Shown piece after piece: positions 47,121 through 55,665 of a stretch of DNA of 64,000 nt (position 1 is the stretch's first letter; each line of letters starts with the position of its first letter). Made by a program: the position numbers and the translations under genes. The stretch is from a virus (Duplodnaviria; Heunggongvirae; Uroviricota; Caudoviricetes). Under the pieces are notes generated by a model, which did not search any database, was not told the DNA's origin, and saw only the letters and a list, made by a program, of their open reading frames with translations. Location: positions 34,674-98,673 of the IMG/VR virus record IMGVR_UViG_3300013121_000003; one strand, 5' to 3'.

Positions 47121-48677
47121 TTAGCCCACCAGCGTCAACTTCTGCTTCGCCCGAGTGATGGCCACATAGATGATATTCTTCTCTTGCTCTTTCTCCCACT
47201 CTTGCTTGGCCATCGGGGACGGCATGTACTCACCGAACCCGAGGATGTAGACCGAATTCCACTCCCGACCTTTCGATTTGTGAACCGTCGAGAGCGTCAA
47301 AGTCTTAACCTGCTTGGCATTGTCGTCATGTTGATCAGCGAAGATGTTGTTGATCTTGGCGACAACTTCATCGATCATCTTGCAACCTTCACAGATCACC
47401 CGGATCGTTTCAACCTTATCGGTAATCTGTTCGGCCAGCAAGTTCTTCTTCTTCTCGATTGCCTTCTTGATCTGGGCACACGACCACTTTTCGAGCTTCT
47501 CAAGATACTTCTCGACCGACTTAACTTTCCACTTGGTAATCATTTCGATCAAGTTCTTGCCGATGTCCCGACCTTCGACGTGGCAGGCGATACCTTTCCG
47601 AATGAGAGTGTAAGCCAGTTCGACCAACGGTGCAGTCTTGCGGCAAAGGATAGCATCTTCCTTGGTCAGCTTATCGAAGACTTCAGAAAACTTATCCCGA
47701 GGCATCGCACCAACCGAACCAACCGGAGCCGTCTCATGTGCCTGGATATGAGAAACATAGTTCTGGGCACAACGAACGACTTCCTTGGGGCAACGATACG
47801 TGACAGTCAGAGGCAGAGCCGTGCACTTGAAGTCCTGCATGATCTGTTCAACAGAGTCAGCATCGGCGCCAGTGAAACCATAGATTGCCTGATACCGATC
47901 ACCAACCCAAACCATCCGACCATTGGGAGCAACCATCTTCGAAGCGAGTGCACGACGAGCCGGGTTCGTATCTTGAGCTTCATCAACCAGAACCCAATCA
48001 TGGGGAAGCATCTTAATTTGCTTCAGAACCGGCAGATAGATCATATCATCGAAATCGATCTTTTGCCGTCCCATATCGTTCGAAACATGAAGTGTCTGAA
48101 TTGCGAATTCGATACCAACTTCGACCTTCGAGTCCTTATCCAGATCAGCTTCAAGGTTGTGATGATCAACAATCTGATTCCAGTTCTGGCGATCATCGAT
48201 CATGCCGAAATGACCAAGAGCGGCTTGCTTAGCCAGTGAAACCAGCTTGCAAACAAACGAGCGATAAAGCTCAACAATCCGGTCCTTAGAGAGAACTTCG
48301 CCAGCTTCATCACAAAGCACGATATCACTTTCACGAACAATGTTCGTAAAGATGTTCGAAACTTTGTAGCCATCGACGAAATCCCGAGGCGGATACTTGT
48401 GGCCGCAATGGAACTTCCAAGCGTTCAAGCCGAACGAATGGAACGTGCCTGCGAAACACTTGATGCCACGAGCAACCGTCTTTTCCTTCAGTTCGTCAGC
48501 AATCTTCTTATTGTAGGCAACGAAGGCAACCTTGCCCTGCATGAAGGCAGCACCCTCAAGAAGAGAAGTGGTCTTGCCAGCGCCAGCGACAGCCTCAAGA
48601 AAGGCATTGCCAGAACCGTTCTTGATCCAGTCAAAGTAAGTTGCCTGCTGGGGGGAAGGAAGGAAAGCCATTGTCAA
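47121..48677 (-). CDS. UvrD/Rep-like superfamily 1 helicase
   Basis: LEAVAGAGKTT, AYNKKIA, TFHSFG, IDFDDMI, VLVDEAQD, VGDRYQAIYGFTGA, LTVTYRCP, STVHKSKGREW, IYVAITRAK. Confidence 0.93.
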   Translation of the reverse strand: MTMAFLPSPQQATYFDWIKNGSGNAFLEAVAGAGKTTSLLEGAAFMQGKVAFVAYNKKIADELKEKTVARGIKCFAGTFHSFGLNAWKFHCGHKYPPRDFVDGYKVSNIFTNIVRESDIVLCDEAGEVLSKDRIVELYRSFVCKLVSLAKQAALGHFGMIDDRQNWNQIVDHHNLEADLDKDSKVEVGIEFAIQTLHVSNDMGRQKIDFDDMIYLPVLKQIKMLPHDWVLVDEAQDTNPARRALASKMVAPNGRMVWVGDRYQAIYGFTGADADSVEQIMQDFKCTALPLTVTYRCPKEVVRCAQNYVSHIQAHETAPVGSVGAMPRDKFSEVFDKLTKEDAILCRKTAPLVELAYTLIRKGIACHVEGRDIGKNLIEMITKWKVKSVEKYLEKLEKWSCAQIKKAIEKKKNLLAEQITDKVETIRVICEGCKMIDEVVAKINNIFADQHDDNAKQVKTLTLSTVHKSKGREWNSVYILGFGEYMPSPMAKQEWEKEQEKNIIYVAITRAKQKLTLVG

Positions 48678-48750
48678 AGTCTCCCTCTTTTGCTATAAAT
48701 CTTTCACCAACGGATTGTCCGTTGCAATTATTAATAAAGGGAGTTGCGCC

Positions 48751-49041
48751 ATGAGTCAAGAGAAAAGTGCATTTAAGTACGAAAAAAATCTGATGGATTA
48801 CTGGACAATCATTGCCCTTTCCAAGAAGTGCAATGTGGTTGTTCACAAAATCTATGAAGCTGCTGAAAACAAACATTATTTTGTCATGTTCGTGGAAGAC
48901 ATATCATCCAAGGGAAGACGGTTCATCGCCAAGAAAGAGTTGAGTGTTGATATGGTCAAGATGATCGTTTACGGATCAGCGTTCAATAGAATCCGAACGA
49001 ACCTTCGTCCCATGGATAAAGAGCAATTGGTTCGTCTGTAA
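48751..49041 (+). CDS. Hypothetical protein
   Basis: ATG at 48751 follows an AAGGGAG RBS; divergent from the helicase. Confidence 0.6.
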   Translation: MSQEKSAFKYEKNLMDYWTIIALSKKCNVVVHKIYEAAENKHYFVMFVEDISSKGRRFIAKKELSVDMVKMIVYGSAFNRIRTNLRPMDKEQLVRL

Positions 49042-49060
49042 TTTGACCGGGAGAGCACCG

Positions 49061-49324
49061 ATGCTTGATGAATTTTCGATTAGACAACTTTCCACACAAG
49101 GAAATATACAGGTAATTATAAAAAACGCTAAAAGAAAATCAGACTATTGTTACATTGTAATTATTATTATTTATCATATTTATTGGCAAGAAGAATATAG
49201 ACGTTATCGACGATATACTAAAGAATTTAGATTTAACATAGACCCGTTATTGTATAATAAAGTGTTTATGCAATCATATTATCATTGGCACGACATTAGA
49301 AACGACTGTTCGTATATCTACTAA
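49061..49324 (+). CDS. Diverged, possibly decayed MLDKY-family member (copy 4)
   Basis: MLDEFSIRQL start; very AT-rich; a +1-frame segment IIFIGKKNIDVIDDILKNLDLT fits the repeat register. Confidence 0.45.
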   Translation: MLDEFSIRQLSTQGNIQVIIKNAKRKSDYCYIVIIIIYHIYWQEEYRRYRRYTKEFRFNIDPLLYNKVFMQSYYHWHDIRNDCSYIY

Positions 49325-49391
49325 TTTCGAAATAGATAGATCAAAATTTCTCGAACTTAGACATTATGTTCGTCCAACTATTTACTGAAAT

Positions 49392-49414
49392 GAAAAAGGG
49401 GCCTTCCGGCCCCC
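49392..49414 (-). terminator. Intrinsic terminator after the 49424-49741 gene
   Basis: Minus strand GGGGCC-GGAA-GGCCCC-TTTTT. Confidence 0.8.
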
Positions 49415-49423
49415 ATTTCGTTT

Positions 49424-49741
49424 TCAAAAACTTGGGTCTTGTTTGGCGTTCCAGGTTCCCAGATGAAGAGTTCCAGAACTTTCACTCTTAGGTCCGAATC
49501 GCTTGTATTTCCGTTTCCAGGTGAAGATTTCCGTTCGGCCCTTCTCGTTTCGGATGATCTTCCAATGTTGCTGTCCAAAGTAATCATGCTTCTTCTCTTT
49601 GTCGGCAACAAAGTTGTCGTATTGAACAACTATTTCTCGAAAGTTCCGGTAAACCTCGATGACAGTTACCGGATATGCATCTGAACCAATCGAGTAAGTT
49701 CCGTGCATTCCGACTTCAACCTTGATTTCTGGCTTGCTCAT
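49424..49741 (-). CDS. Phage hypothetical protein, standalone cassette
   Basis: 105 aa; VGMHGTYSIGSDAYPVTVIEV...WNAKQDPSF; own RBS, promoter-like site and terminator. Confidence 0.7.
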   Translation of the reverse strand: MSKPEIKVEVGMHGTYSIGSDAYPVTVIEVYRNFREIVVQYDNFVADKEKKHDYFGQQHWKIIRNEKGRTEIFTWKRKYKRFGPKSESSGTLHLGTWNAKQDPSF

Positions 49742-49767
49742 TACCCGCTCCCGTTGTTGATTTCTTA

Positions 49768-49796
49768 TATTTAAATCGATTCGTTTAAAAAGTCAA
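49768..49796 (-). promoter_or_regulatory. Putative sigma70-type promoter overlapping the PAAR stop codon
   Basis: TTGACT-17 nt-TAAATA(TAAG) followed by CAACAACGGGAG, similar to the 44717-44745 site. Confidence 0.45.
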
Positions 49797-50071
49797 TAGG
49801 CTGAAACTGACCCCGAATGCCCTTTAGTTGCGTCTGCACTTCCAGAATGAAATAATCCATCGATCTGAGCTTGATCTGGATTGTGAACAATTACTTTTTT
49901 TCCAGCAATTGTGACGGAACCTTTTGAAGCAATCAATTCACCAGCGCCATGTGAATTTTCATCGCCTTCAACGGCCCAAAGTCGGCCGTTCACGGTAACA
50001 GAACGCTGCCCCACGACGATTGTGGTAGCAGCGCACTGTCTTGCATCACCTTGTCTGTGTGCTCCTGGCAT
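49793..50071 (-). CDS. PAAR-like spike tip protein (gp5.4-like)
   Basis: MPGAHRQGDARQC, SVTVNGRLWAVEGDENSHG, SVTIAGKKV; downstream of gp5. Confidence 0.8.
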   Translation of the reverse strand: MPGAHRQGDARQCAATTIVVGQRSVTVNGRLWAVEGDENSHGAGELIASKGSVTIAGKKVIVHNPDQAQIDGLFHSGSADATKGHSGSVSAY

Positions 50072-50994
50072 TACCCAAGAGTTTCCTTGATCATGGCGTG
50101 GATCATCTGATCTTCACCAGTCAGGACCGACTTGTGCTTGTAGTCCTTGGCTGCTTCAACGTCCGTGAACTTCATGGCATCAGCTTCATCACCAACCCAA
50201 TTGGTGATGCCATTCATCGAGCCGCCGAAGAACATGCCGTCTTGACGCTGGATTGCATAGTTCTTGGGCTTGTTCGTGATCTGGGGAACAGGACCACGAG
50301 TCGGAGCTTCGTCGTAGATCACCTTGTATTCCTGTTCGATCATCGGAACAGGTTCGGCCCGAAGTGGAGTCGGAACCTTCTGGCCGAAATTGAAGCCGAG
50401 GTTCTTGCCGACCGACTTCACGAACATCTCATGAGCCGAGTAGAAGAGGCCATCGAGTTCGAACCCACCCATGGTTGTCATGGGAACGTCTTCCATTCTC
50501 TTGTAGGCAGTGAGTTGCAGATCACGAACGGCGATCTTGCAAATCGCCGTCTCTTCGGGAGTCTTTTCTTTTCTGAGACAATACATTGATTTATCCTCTA
50601 TTCCATGGCCACCGTCAGCCATAGCATCACGTTTAACAGACTTCTTAACCTCAGTCAACTCAACTTGAAGAGCATTTCTTTCTTTTCTGAGATCGGTGAG
50701 TTCTTGTGACATCTGTTCGATGATTTTCCACATTATATCTTGTGTTTTGGTATCATTTGTTTCCGTTATATATGGATTTGGTTGTCCATAAATGTAAGTT
50801 GGATTTATTGTATATGGACTTGTCGAATAGTATTCAAAAGGCAATGTAGTTGTCGTTGTTGTTCCTGAACCAATTACAAGAGAACCTGAATAGGTTGTTA
50901 AATCGGAAAGTTTATATTCAGCTTTGTTCCAATCTGTTAGAGATTTTTCAGTTCCTTCGGCTACATTATTTGTGTATAAAGTATTTTCTGTCAT
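50071..50994 (-). CDS. Hypothetical protein between gp5C and PAAR, apparently chimeric
   Basis: 308 codons from MTENT after an AAAGGAA RBS; AT-rich T/Y/P-rich N-half and GC-richer C-half. Confidence 0.6.
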   Translation of the reverse strand: MTENTLYTNNVAEGTEKSLTDWNKAEYKLSDLTTYSGSLVIGSGTTTTTTLPFEYYSTSPYTINPTYIYGQPNPYITETNDTKTQDIMWKIIEQMSQELTDLRKERNALQVELTEVKKSVKRDAMADGGHGIEDKSMYCLRKEKTPEETAICKIAVRDLQLTAYKRMEDVPMTTMGGFELDGLFYSAHEMFVKSVGKNLGFNFGQKVPTPLRAEPVPMIEQEYKVIYDEAPTRGPVPQITNKPKNYAIQRQDGMFFGGSMNGITNWVGDEADAMKFTDVEAAKDYKHKSVLTGEDQMIHAMIKETLG

Positions 50995-51004
50995 ATATTT
51001 TCCT

Positions 51005-51583
51005 TTATGCTGTATATCCGCTTCCACCATCTGATGGATTGAGCGCTAAATTTGTTGCTTGAATTGTATGTTGAGAACCAGAACCATGATACATGGTCCC
51101 TTGAGCTTGAATGTTCATGTTGCCCATCGCATTCATATTTATAGAGCCCTTAGCAGCGAGATACATATTTCCATTTACGGAAAGACCTAAATCGCCAAGA
51201 ACGGCCATTGCGGTTTTACCACCAATGACAACGCCAGCATCCCCTTGAATTTCCACATGAGTTCCGCCAGCGACAGTCATTTTATGATGTCCGCCGATAT
51301 GAATATCACTGTTTTCATCAACAGTAATTGTGACGCCACCTTTATTATATTGCTTGTTTTCTCCGATAGTCATGGTGGCTAATTTGCCATCGGGGAAAAA
51401 TTCTACATAAGTTCCAGAAGGATGAAAAAGTTTAATTGCTTCTTTTCCTCTTTCATCACCAACAACGAGCCGAACACCACCAGGAAATTGCCATACGTTA
51501 TTGTATGGATATTGACTTTCTGGTGTTTCGTCTGTCTCTATTCTATCTTTAGTAGGTTTATTATAAACTTCTTCTGCTGCCAT
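51005..51583 (-). CDS. gp5: Central spike, C-terminal beta-helix part (gp5C-like)
   Basis: ESQYPYNNV, GDERGKEAIKLFHPSGTYVEFFPDG, followed by 8-residue-like V.I.G repeats. Confidence 0.85.
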   Translation of the reverse strand: MAAEEVYNKPTKDRIETDETPESQYPYNNVWQFPGGVRLVVGDERGKEAIKLFHPSGTYVEFFPDGKLATMTIGENKQYNKGGVTITVDENSDIHIGGHHKMTVAGGTHVEIQGDAGVVIGGKTAMAVLGDLGLSVNGNMYLAAKGSINMNAMGNMNIQAQGTMYHGSGSQHTIQATNLALNPSDGGSGYTA

Positions 51584-51589
51584 TACTTT

Positions 51590-51873
51590 TTATCTGACTC
51601 CAAGTTGTATTCCATAATTTCTTAAAGCAAATTTAACGTCATCATCCATATTTTGATGTTTAATTATGTTGTCTATATGTTTTTCATTTCCGTCTTTTTA
51701 TTATTTACCAATTGGTTATAATATATCCAAAATTGAACAACTGTTCCAAAACGAATTATAGCATCACCTTCTTCTATAGATAATGGTTGAACTATCATTT
51801 TCTTTAAAAGTTTATCTGTATATCCTGGATATTTTTGTTTGATCAACTCTTTAGAAGAGTATTTATCTATCAT
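51590..51873 (-). pseudogene. Frameshifted MLDKY-family member (copy 5)
   Basis: MIDKYSSKELI frame stops at 51673, but the -1 frame from 51697 reads DGNEKHIDNIIKHQNMDDDVKFALRNYGIQLGVR* (stop at 51590), an in-register 26-aa repeat. Confidence 0.65.
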
Positions 51874-51877
51874 TTCT

Positions 51878-52216
51878 TTACCACCAAGCACGGCTTTTAA
51901 GAGCACCATAATTTTTTGCTGTTTGTCGAGTAAGATCATTTCCAAGAAAATATATGTACCACAAAGATTTTTGTGATACTTTATGACAACGCATCAAACA
52001 AAGACGTTCTCTATTATTTCCCTTATGTGCAATTTTAAATTTAGCGTTTGCATGTAATTTAAAATTCTTGATTAAGTAGATTTTTTGTTTGGTAGTTCCT
52101 TTTTCTGCAATAGCTAGTTTTTCAACGGATGAAATTTTTTTATTCTTTAAACATTTGTTTATCCATTTAATATTACCATGATAAATAATGGATGCTGACG
52201 TATATTTGTCTATCAT
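51878..52216 (-). CDS. MLDKY-family repeat protein (copy 6)
   Basis: MIDKYTSASII..WINKCLKNKKISSVEKLAIAEKG; ATGA overlap with the gp5N stop. Confidence 0.75.
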   Translation of the reverse strand: MIDKYTSASIIYHGNIKWINKCLKNKKISSVEKLAIAEKGTTKQKIYLIKNFKLHANAKFKIAHKGNNRERLCLMRCHKVSQKSLWYIYFLGNDLTRQTAKNYGALKSRAWW

Positions 52217-53151
52217 GACGTTGGAACCGAGTTGGCGCTACTTGGGTTGTTGTTCAGTTCGTCGTTCTCTTCTTGCAGTCTCTTCAACTCTTCTTCTTTT
52301 TGCTGATCTTCTTCATCTTTCTTCTTCTTGTGCTTCTTAATCAAATTCATGATAGAAGTCAATGCGTTAATGATATTGTTCATTCCACCGATGGAATTCG
52401 GCATCCTGGGATTTGAACCAGTTTCGGCTGTTTTCTTGAGTGATTCGAGCATGTTAACGGCACCATCAATCAATTCTGAACGTGGTGTAGATTGAACTTG
52501 TCTCTGTGAGTTTCTACCTAAATCCCATGGTAGAACTGAGAATGGCATTGGTTTTTGGCCTTCTGGAATTCTAGCGCTTTCTCTTTCATTATATTGTGGA
52601 GAACCAGCAGCTATATTAATTCCACGTTTCTTATCGTTTGGACCTACTCTTGTCCATTGAATTGGAGTTTCTGAATTCATTATACTAAGAACTGCACTCG
52701 TGATTGTTTCGAGTTCGTTTAATTGCTGTCCGCCTCTTAAGATTCGTCTATGTTCCCGTTGTCCATCACGAACTTTAACTGGTGATGTGGAAGTTGATTC
52801 TGGATGCCGATCTTCTTTTCCAGGAGTTGTTTCGGAATTTGTCAGGGAACCGATGACAACGAAACCTTGTTGACCAAGATTTTGCATCATGATTCGAGTT
52901 CCAGGTAAATAAGCACCACCAGCCGGAAATCTACCAACTCCCTTGGTCTGTGAATATCCGTTTGTTAAAACTGGATACCATGGAAGTTTGTCATCTGGAA
53001 CTTGAGATAAATCTTCTTGTTCACCAACGATTCTAACTTTGATTCGTCCTGTTTCATTTGGGTCTTTATTATCGACAACAACACCAATAACAACAGATTG
53101 TTCTCTAGTTAATCCAGATTTATCAGACGGATTTTTTTCGTCGTAACTCAT
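52213..53151 (-). CDS. gp5: Central spike/hub, N-terminal OB-fold part (gp5N-like), no lysozyme domain
   Basis: VIGVVVDNKDPNETGRIKVRIVG, IPDDKLPW-type motif (VPDDKLPWYPVL), QGFVVIGSL. Confidence 0.85.
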   Translation of the reverse strand: MSYDEKNPSDKSGLTREQSVVIGVVVDNKDPNETGRIKVRIVGEQEDLSQVPDDKLPWYPVLTNGYSQTKGVGRFPAGGAYLPGTRIMMQNLGQQGFVVIGSLTNSETTPGKEDRHPESTSTSPVKVRDGQREHRRILRGGQQLNELETITSAVLSIMNSETPIQWTRVGPNDKKRGINIAAGSPQYNERESARIPEGQKPMPFSVLPWDLGRNSQRQVQSTPRSELIDGAVNMLESLKKTAETGSNPRMPNSIGGMNNIINALTSIMNLIKKHKKKKDEEDQQKEEELKRLQEENDELNNNPSSANSVPTS

Positions 53152-53488
53152 TGATCTCCTTCAAAATATTATTAAATGCTTTAATATCTACACAATGTCT
53201 AATAGTATTTAAAATAACTCGATCATCATTAGTTAAACCTTTTGTAGTCATAATATGAACATACAAAATAGCACTATTCATATTGTCACCACTTATAGCG
53301 ATTCTCATTTTTGTATTATAATCAAGTTCGAAAATATTGTTTAATAATTGTCTTCTATGTTTATGATTTCCATAAAAAGCAATATCATATTTTTCTCTGT
53401 CAGATAAATTAGGATTTCTAAGGAGTATATCTATCCATTTCTCGTTTTTACTTTTTAGAAGAGTTCTGGTTGAATACTTATCTAACAT
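53123..53488 (-). CDS. MLDKY-family repeat protein (copy 7)
   Basis: MLDKYSTRTLL..WIDILLRNPNLSDREKYDIAFYG; its ATGTTAGATAA supplies the upstream gene's TAA. Confidence 0.75.
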   Translation of the reverse strand: MLDKYSTRTLLKSKNEKWIDILLRNPNLSDREKYDIAFYGNHKHRRQLLNNIFELDYNTKMRIAISGDNMNSAILYVHIMTTKGLTNDDRVILNTIRHCVDIKAFNNILKEINELRRKKSV

Positions 53489-53867
53489 CGGAATCATCCT
53501 TTGATTCTTTCTGCCGTTGAACTCTTCGTTCATCAAAAATTCTGTTTATTACATGACGATTTCCATAAGAATAGATCATTGATATTAAGTATCGGTCGCT
53601 TTTGTTTAATGGAATTGGTTTTCGAAGTTCAATCTCTTCCAATAAAACAACTCTATGAAAATCTGTTCCCCATATAACAATTCTTCGTTTGGTCATAATG
53701 TCGAGATTGTTAATGTTCATTAAAAGTTTATCTCTATGTTTATCTGTTCCATATCGAGCAATATTGTATTTTTCAAGATTCGATATATAAGGACTATCCA
53801 AACGAATATCAATCCATTTTGTGATTCCTCTAAATATCAAAAGATCGGATGAATATTTGTCTAACAT
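53478..53867 (-). CDS. MLDKY-family repeat protein (copy 8)
   Basis: MLDKYSSDLLI..WIDIRLDSPYISNLEKYNIARYG; its ATGTTAG supplies the upstream gene's TAG. Confidence 0.75.
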   Translation of the reverse strand: MLDKYSSDLLIFRGITKWIDIRLDSPYISNLEKYNIARYGTDKHRDKLLMNINNLDIMTKRRIVIWGTDFHRVVLLEEIELRKPIPLNKSDRYLISMIYSYGNRHVINRIFDERRVQRQKESKDDSDVR

Positions 53868-54187
53868 GGCCATCCTCTATTTCTCAGTTCGATCATATGT
53901 TTCTCGTTTCCAAACCTTAGAATGGTATTAACTATGCATCGATTTAAAGTATGGTTTTTTATCAATTTCATTCTATGTCTGTGAAATCCTTTAAATGCAA
54001 TTCGTCTTTTTATCATATACGATATGTTTTTATATTCTAATACTTTATCAAATATTTTAATTTTTCCGTAAAATGTAATCCAATCTAAATCATAATTGGA
54101 TATATGACATTTAGTATTTAAAAGTTTTTCAATATGATTGTGTTTGTTTAATTTGATAATTTTCCTGATTGAATAATCATCTAGCAT
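53861..54187 (-). CDS. MLDKY-family repeat protein (copy 9)
   Basis: MLDDYSIRKII...IKRRIAFKG...ILRFGNEKH. Confidence 0.7.
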   Translation of the reverse strand: MLDDYSIRKIIKLNKHNHIEKLLNTKCHISNYDLDWITFYGKIKIFDKVLEYKNISYMIKRRIAFKGFHRHRMKLIKNHTLNRCIVNTILRFGNEKHMIELRNRGWPC

Positions 54188-54190
54188 AGT

Positions 54191-54424
54191 TCACCTATGA
54201 TGTTTCTTGACATACTGGCGAATCGGCTTGTTGCCAAAACGTGCGATCTTGTCTATCGTATACGGATCGAGAGTGTGGTTCTTGAGTAATTCCCACCGAT
54301 GTTCATGTGTTCCGAATTGTGCTATCCAATCCTTTATATCGTTCGTTACGTTCGGGTCTTTGAGAACTTCGTTGATCGTTCGTTCGTTTCCCTTACGCAT
54401 CTTAAACAATACAGATGGTTTCAT
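54191..54424 (-). CDS. MLDKY-type repeat protein lacking the MLDKY start (copy 10)
   Basis: DPNVTNDIKDWIAQFGTHEHRWELLKNHTLDPYTIDKIARFG, 26-aa period. Confidence 0.65.
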   Translation of the reverse strand: MKPSVLFKMRKGNERTINEVLKDPNVTNDIKDWIAQFGTHEHRWELLKNHTLDPYTIDKIARFGNKPIRQYVKKHHR

Positions 54425-54426
54425 AG

Positions 54427-55665
54427 CTATCCCTTCAATTCTACACCAAATATATCAGTTGTCCCGTTGACAGTCACTTCTTTTCTGTCTTTCCCTTCAG
54501 TGAACCTTAGTTCATGTATGAGCCTCGCTACCCATAGTTTTTTGACACCGATCATCCTATCAGATATAGGATATGTAATTTGTATACGATCTCCAACCGT
54601 TACGTCAATCCCTGTCTGCATGGGAACTGAAGTCCAATATTTTGGTGAATATGTCAATTTTGTGATGAAGGCATCTTCTTTAGACTGAAATCCACCAGGA
54701 CCATTCTTGTCAATGTTAAGATGTTGTCTGAGTGAATCGGCAACATATTTGGAAATTTGGCTTCCATACTTTACACCAAATCCTCCACTTCCTGTCTTGG
54801 CAATACCTTGAGCTAGATCAACAATTGCTGGAACTTTATTTAATCCCTCATGTTCGTTTCGAGAAGCAGCCGAACGGTCTTCACCAGGGGGAGCCATTGG
54901 TCTAAAGTTGATGACCTTATCATATCCTCTTAACGTAATATCTAAAGAAGCTCCACCAGCCGGAACATGAACAAAGTTTCCGGTAATTGGCGCAGAAGTA
55001 ATCAAATATTCTAATGGAGCAACTACATATCCATTCTTGCTTCTAAAGTAAACTCCTGGACCAGAACTTGGAACAGGAAAGACTGCTTTATCCAATAAGT
55101 CATGAATCGCTTTAGATGGAGCTTTAGATAGAATTTGATGTGGATGAAGTTGTTGACCAATCATTCCTAGAGAATCAAATACATCAATATTTCCATTTGC
55201 TTTAATATACTTTTCATGAATTTGTCTGATTGCATGAGTTGCAATTTGATTTGAAATATTCATCTGAACTTGTTCAGACTTGTCCTTGAAGTATTCTTCA
55301 CCAAGTAAAGAAATAGTAATGATCATTGAATTCTCGATATCTCCTTCACGTGGTTTAGATTCATAGGAATAAATTCTAAATCTTTCGGTGTAGATTTTAT
55401 TGTTTGGTGGAGATATGAAAGAAATTTCGACTGGTGCTTTTGGTTCAACGTATTGCTCGAAAGTATTTTGATGAGCTTCGATAACCAGTTGTCCAGTGAA
55501 GTAGAATTTACAGTTATCTTCGAAGATTCTAAGTTCTTGAACATGGAAAATGTTCAATGGTTGTCCAGAACGATTTTCAACGAACGGAACTCCATTGATT
55601 GTGCAACTGATTAAAGCTGCTTTGGTTGGTTGTATAATATAATTTGGTGTTTGCTGAACTGTCAT
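54427..55665 (-). CDS. Baseplate hub protein (gp27-like)
   Basis: 412 aa between gp53 and gp5; ELRIFEDNCKFYFTGQLVI, VPMQTGIDVTVGDRIQI, KLWVARLIHEL. Called mainly from position and size. Confidence 0.6.
   Translation of the reverse strand: MTVQQTPNYIIQPTKAALISCTINGVPFVENRSGQPLNIFHVQELRIFEDNCKFYFTGQLVIEAHQNTFEQYVEPKAPVEISFISPPNNKIYTERFRIYSYESKPREGDIENSMIITISLLGEEYFKDKSEQVQMNISNQIATHAIRQIHEKYIKANGNIDVFDSLGMIGQQLHPHQILSKAPSKAIHDLLDKAVFPVPSSGPGVYFRSKNGYVVAPLEYLITSAPITGNFVHVPAGGASLDITLRGYDKVINFRPMAPPGEDRSAASRNEHEGLNKVPAIVDLAQGIAKTGSGGFGVKYGSQISKYVADSLRQHLNIDKNGPGGFQSKEDAFITKLTYSPKYWTSVPMQTGIDVTVGDRIQITYPISDRMIGVKKLWVARLIHELRFTEGKDRKEVTVNGTTDIFGVELKG

Noticed and set aside
47184-48239. 351-aa plus-strand ORF (and 47344-47613, 48399-48698)
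   Set aside because: Antisense shadows of the GC-rich helicase, which has all SF1 motifs; they have no RBS or recognisable motif
48708-48724. CAACGGA-TTG-TCCGTTG palindrome in the divergent gap upstream of the helicase
   Set aside because: It could be an operator, but it is a single 7-bp stem with no second copy seen, which is not enough to support a call
50041-50589. 182-aa plus-strand ORF
   Set aside because: Antisense to the GC-richer half of 50071-50994; explained by codon bias
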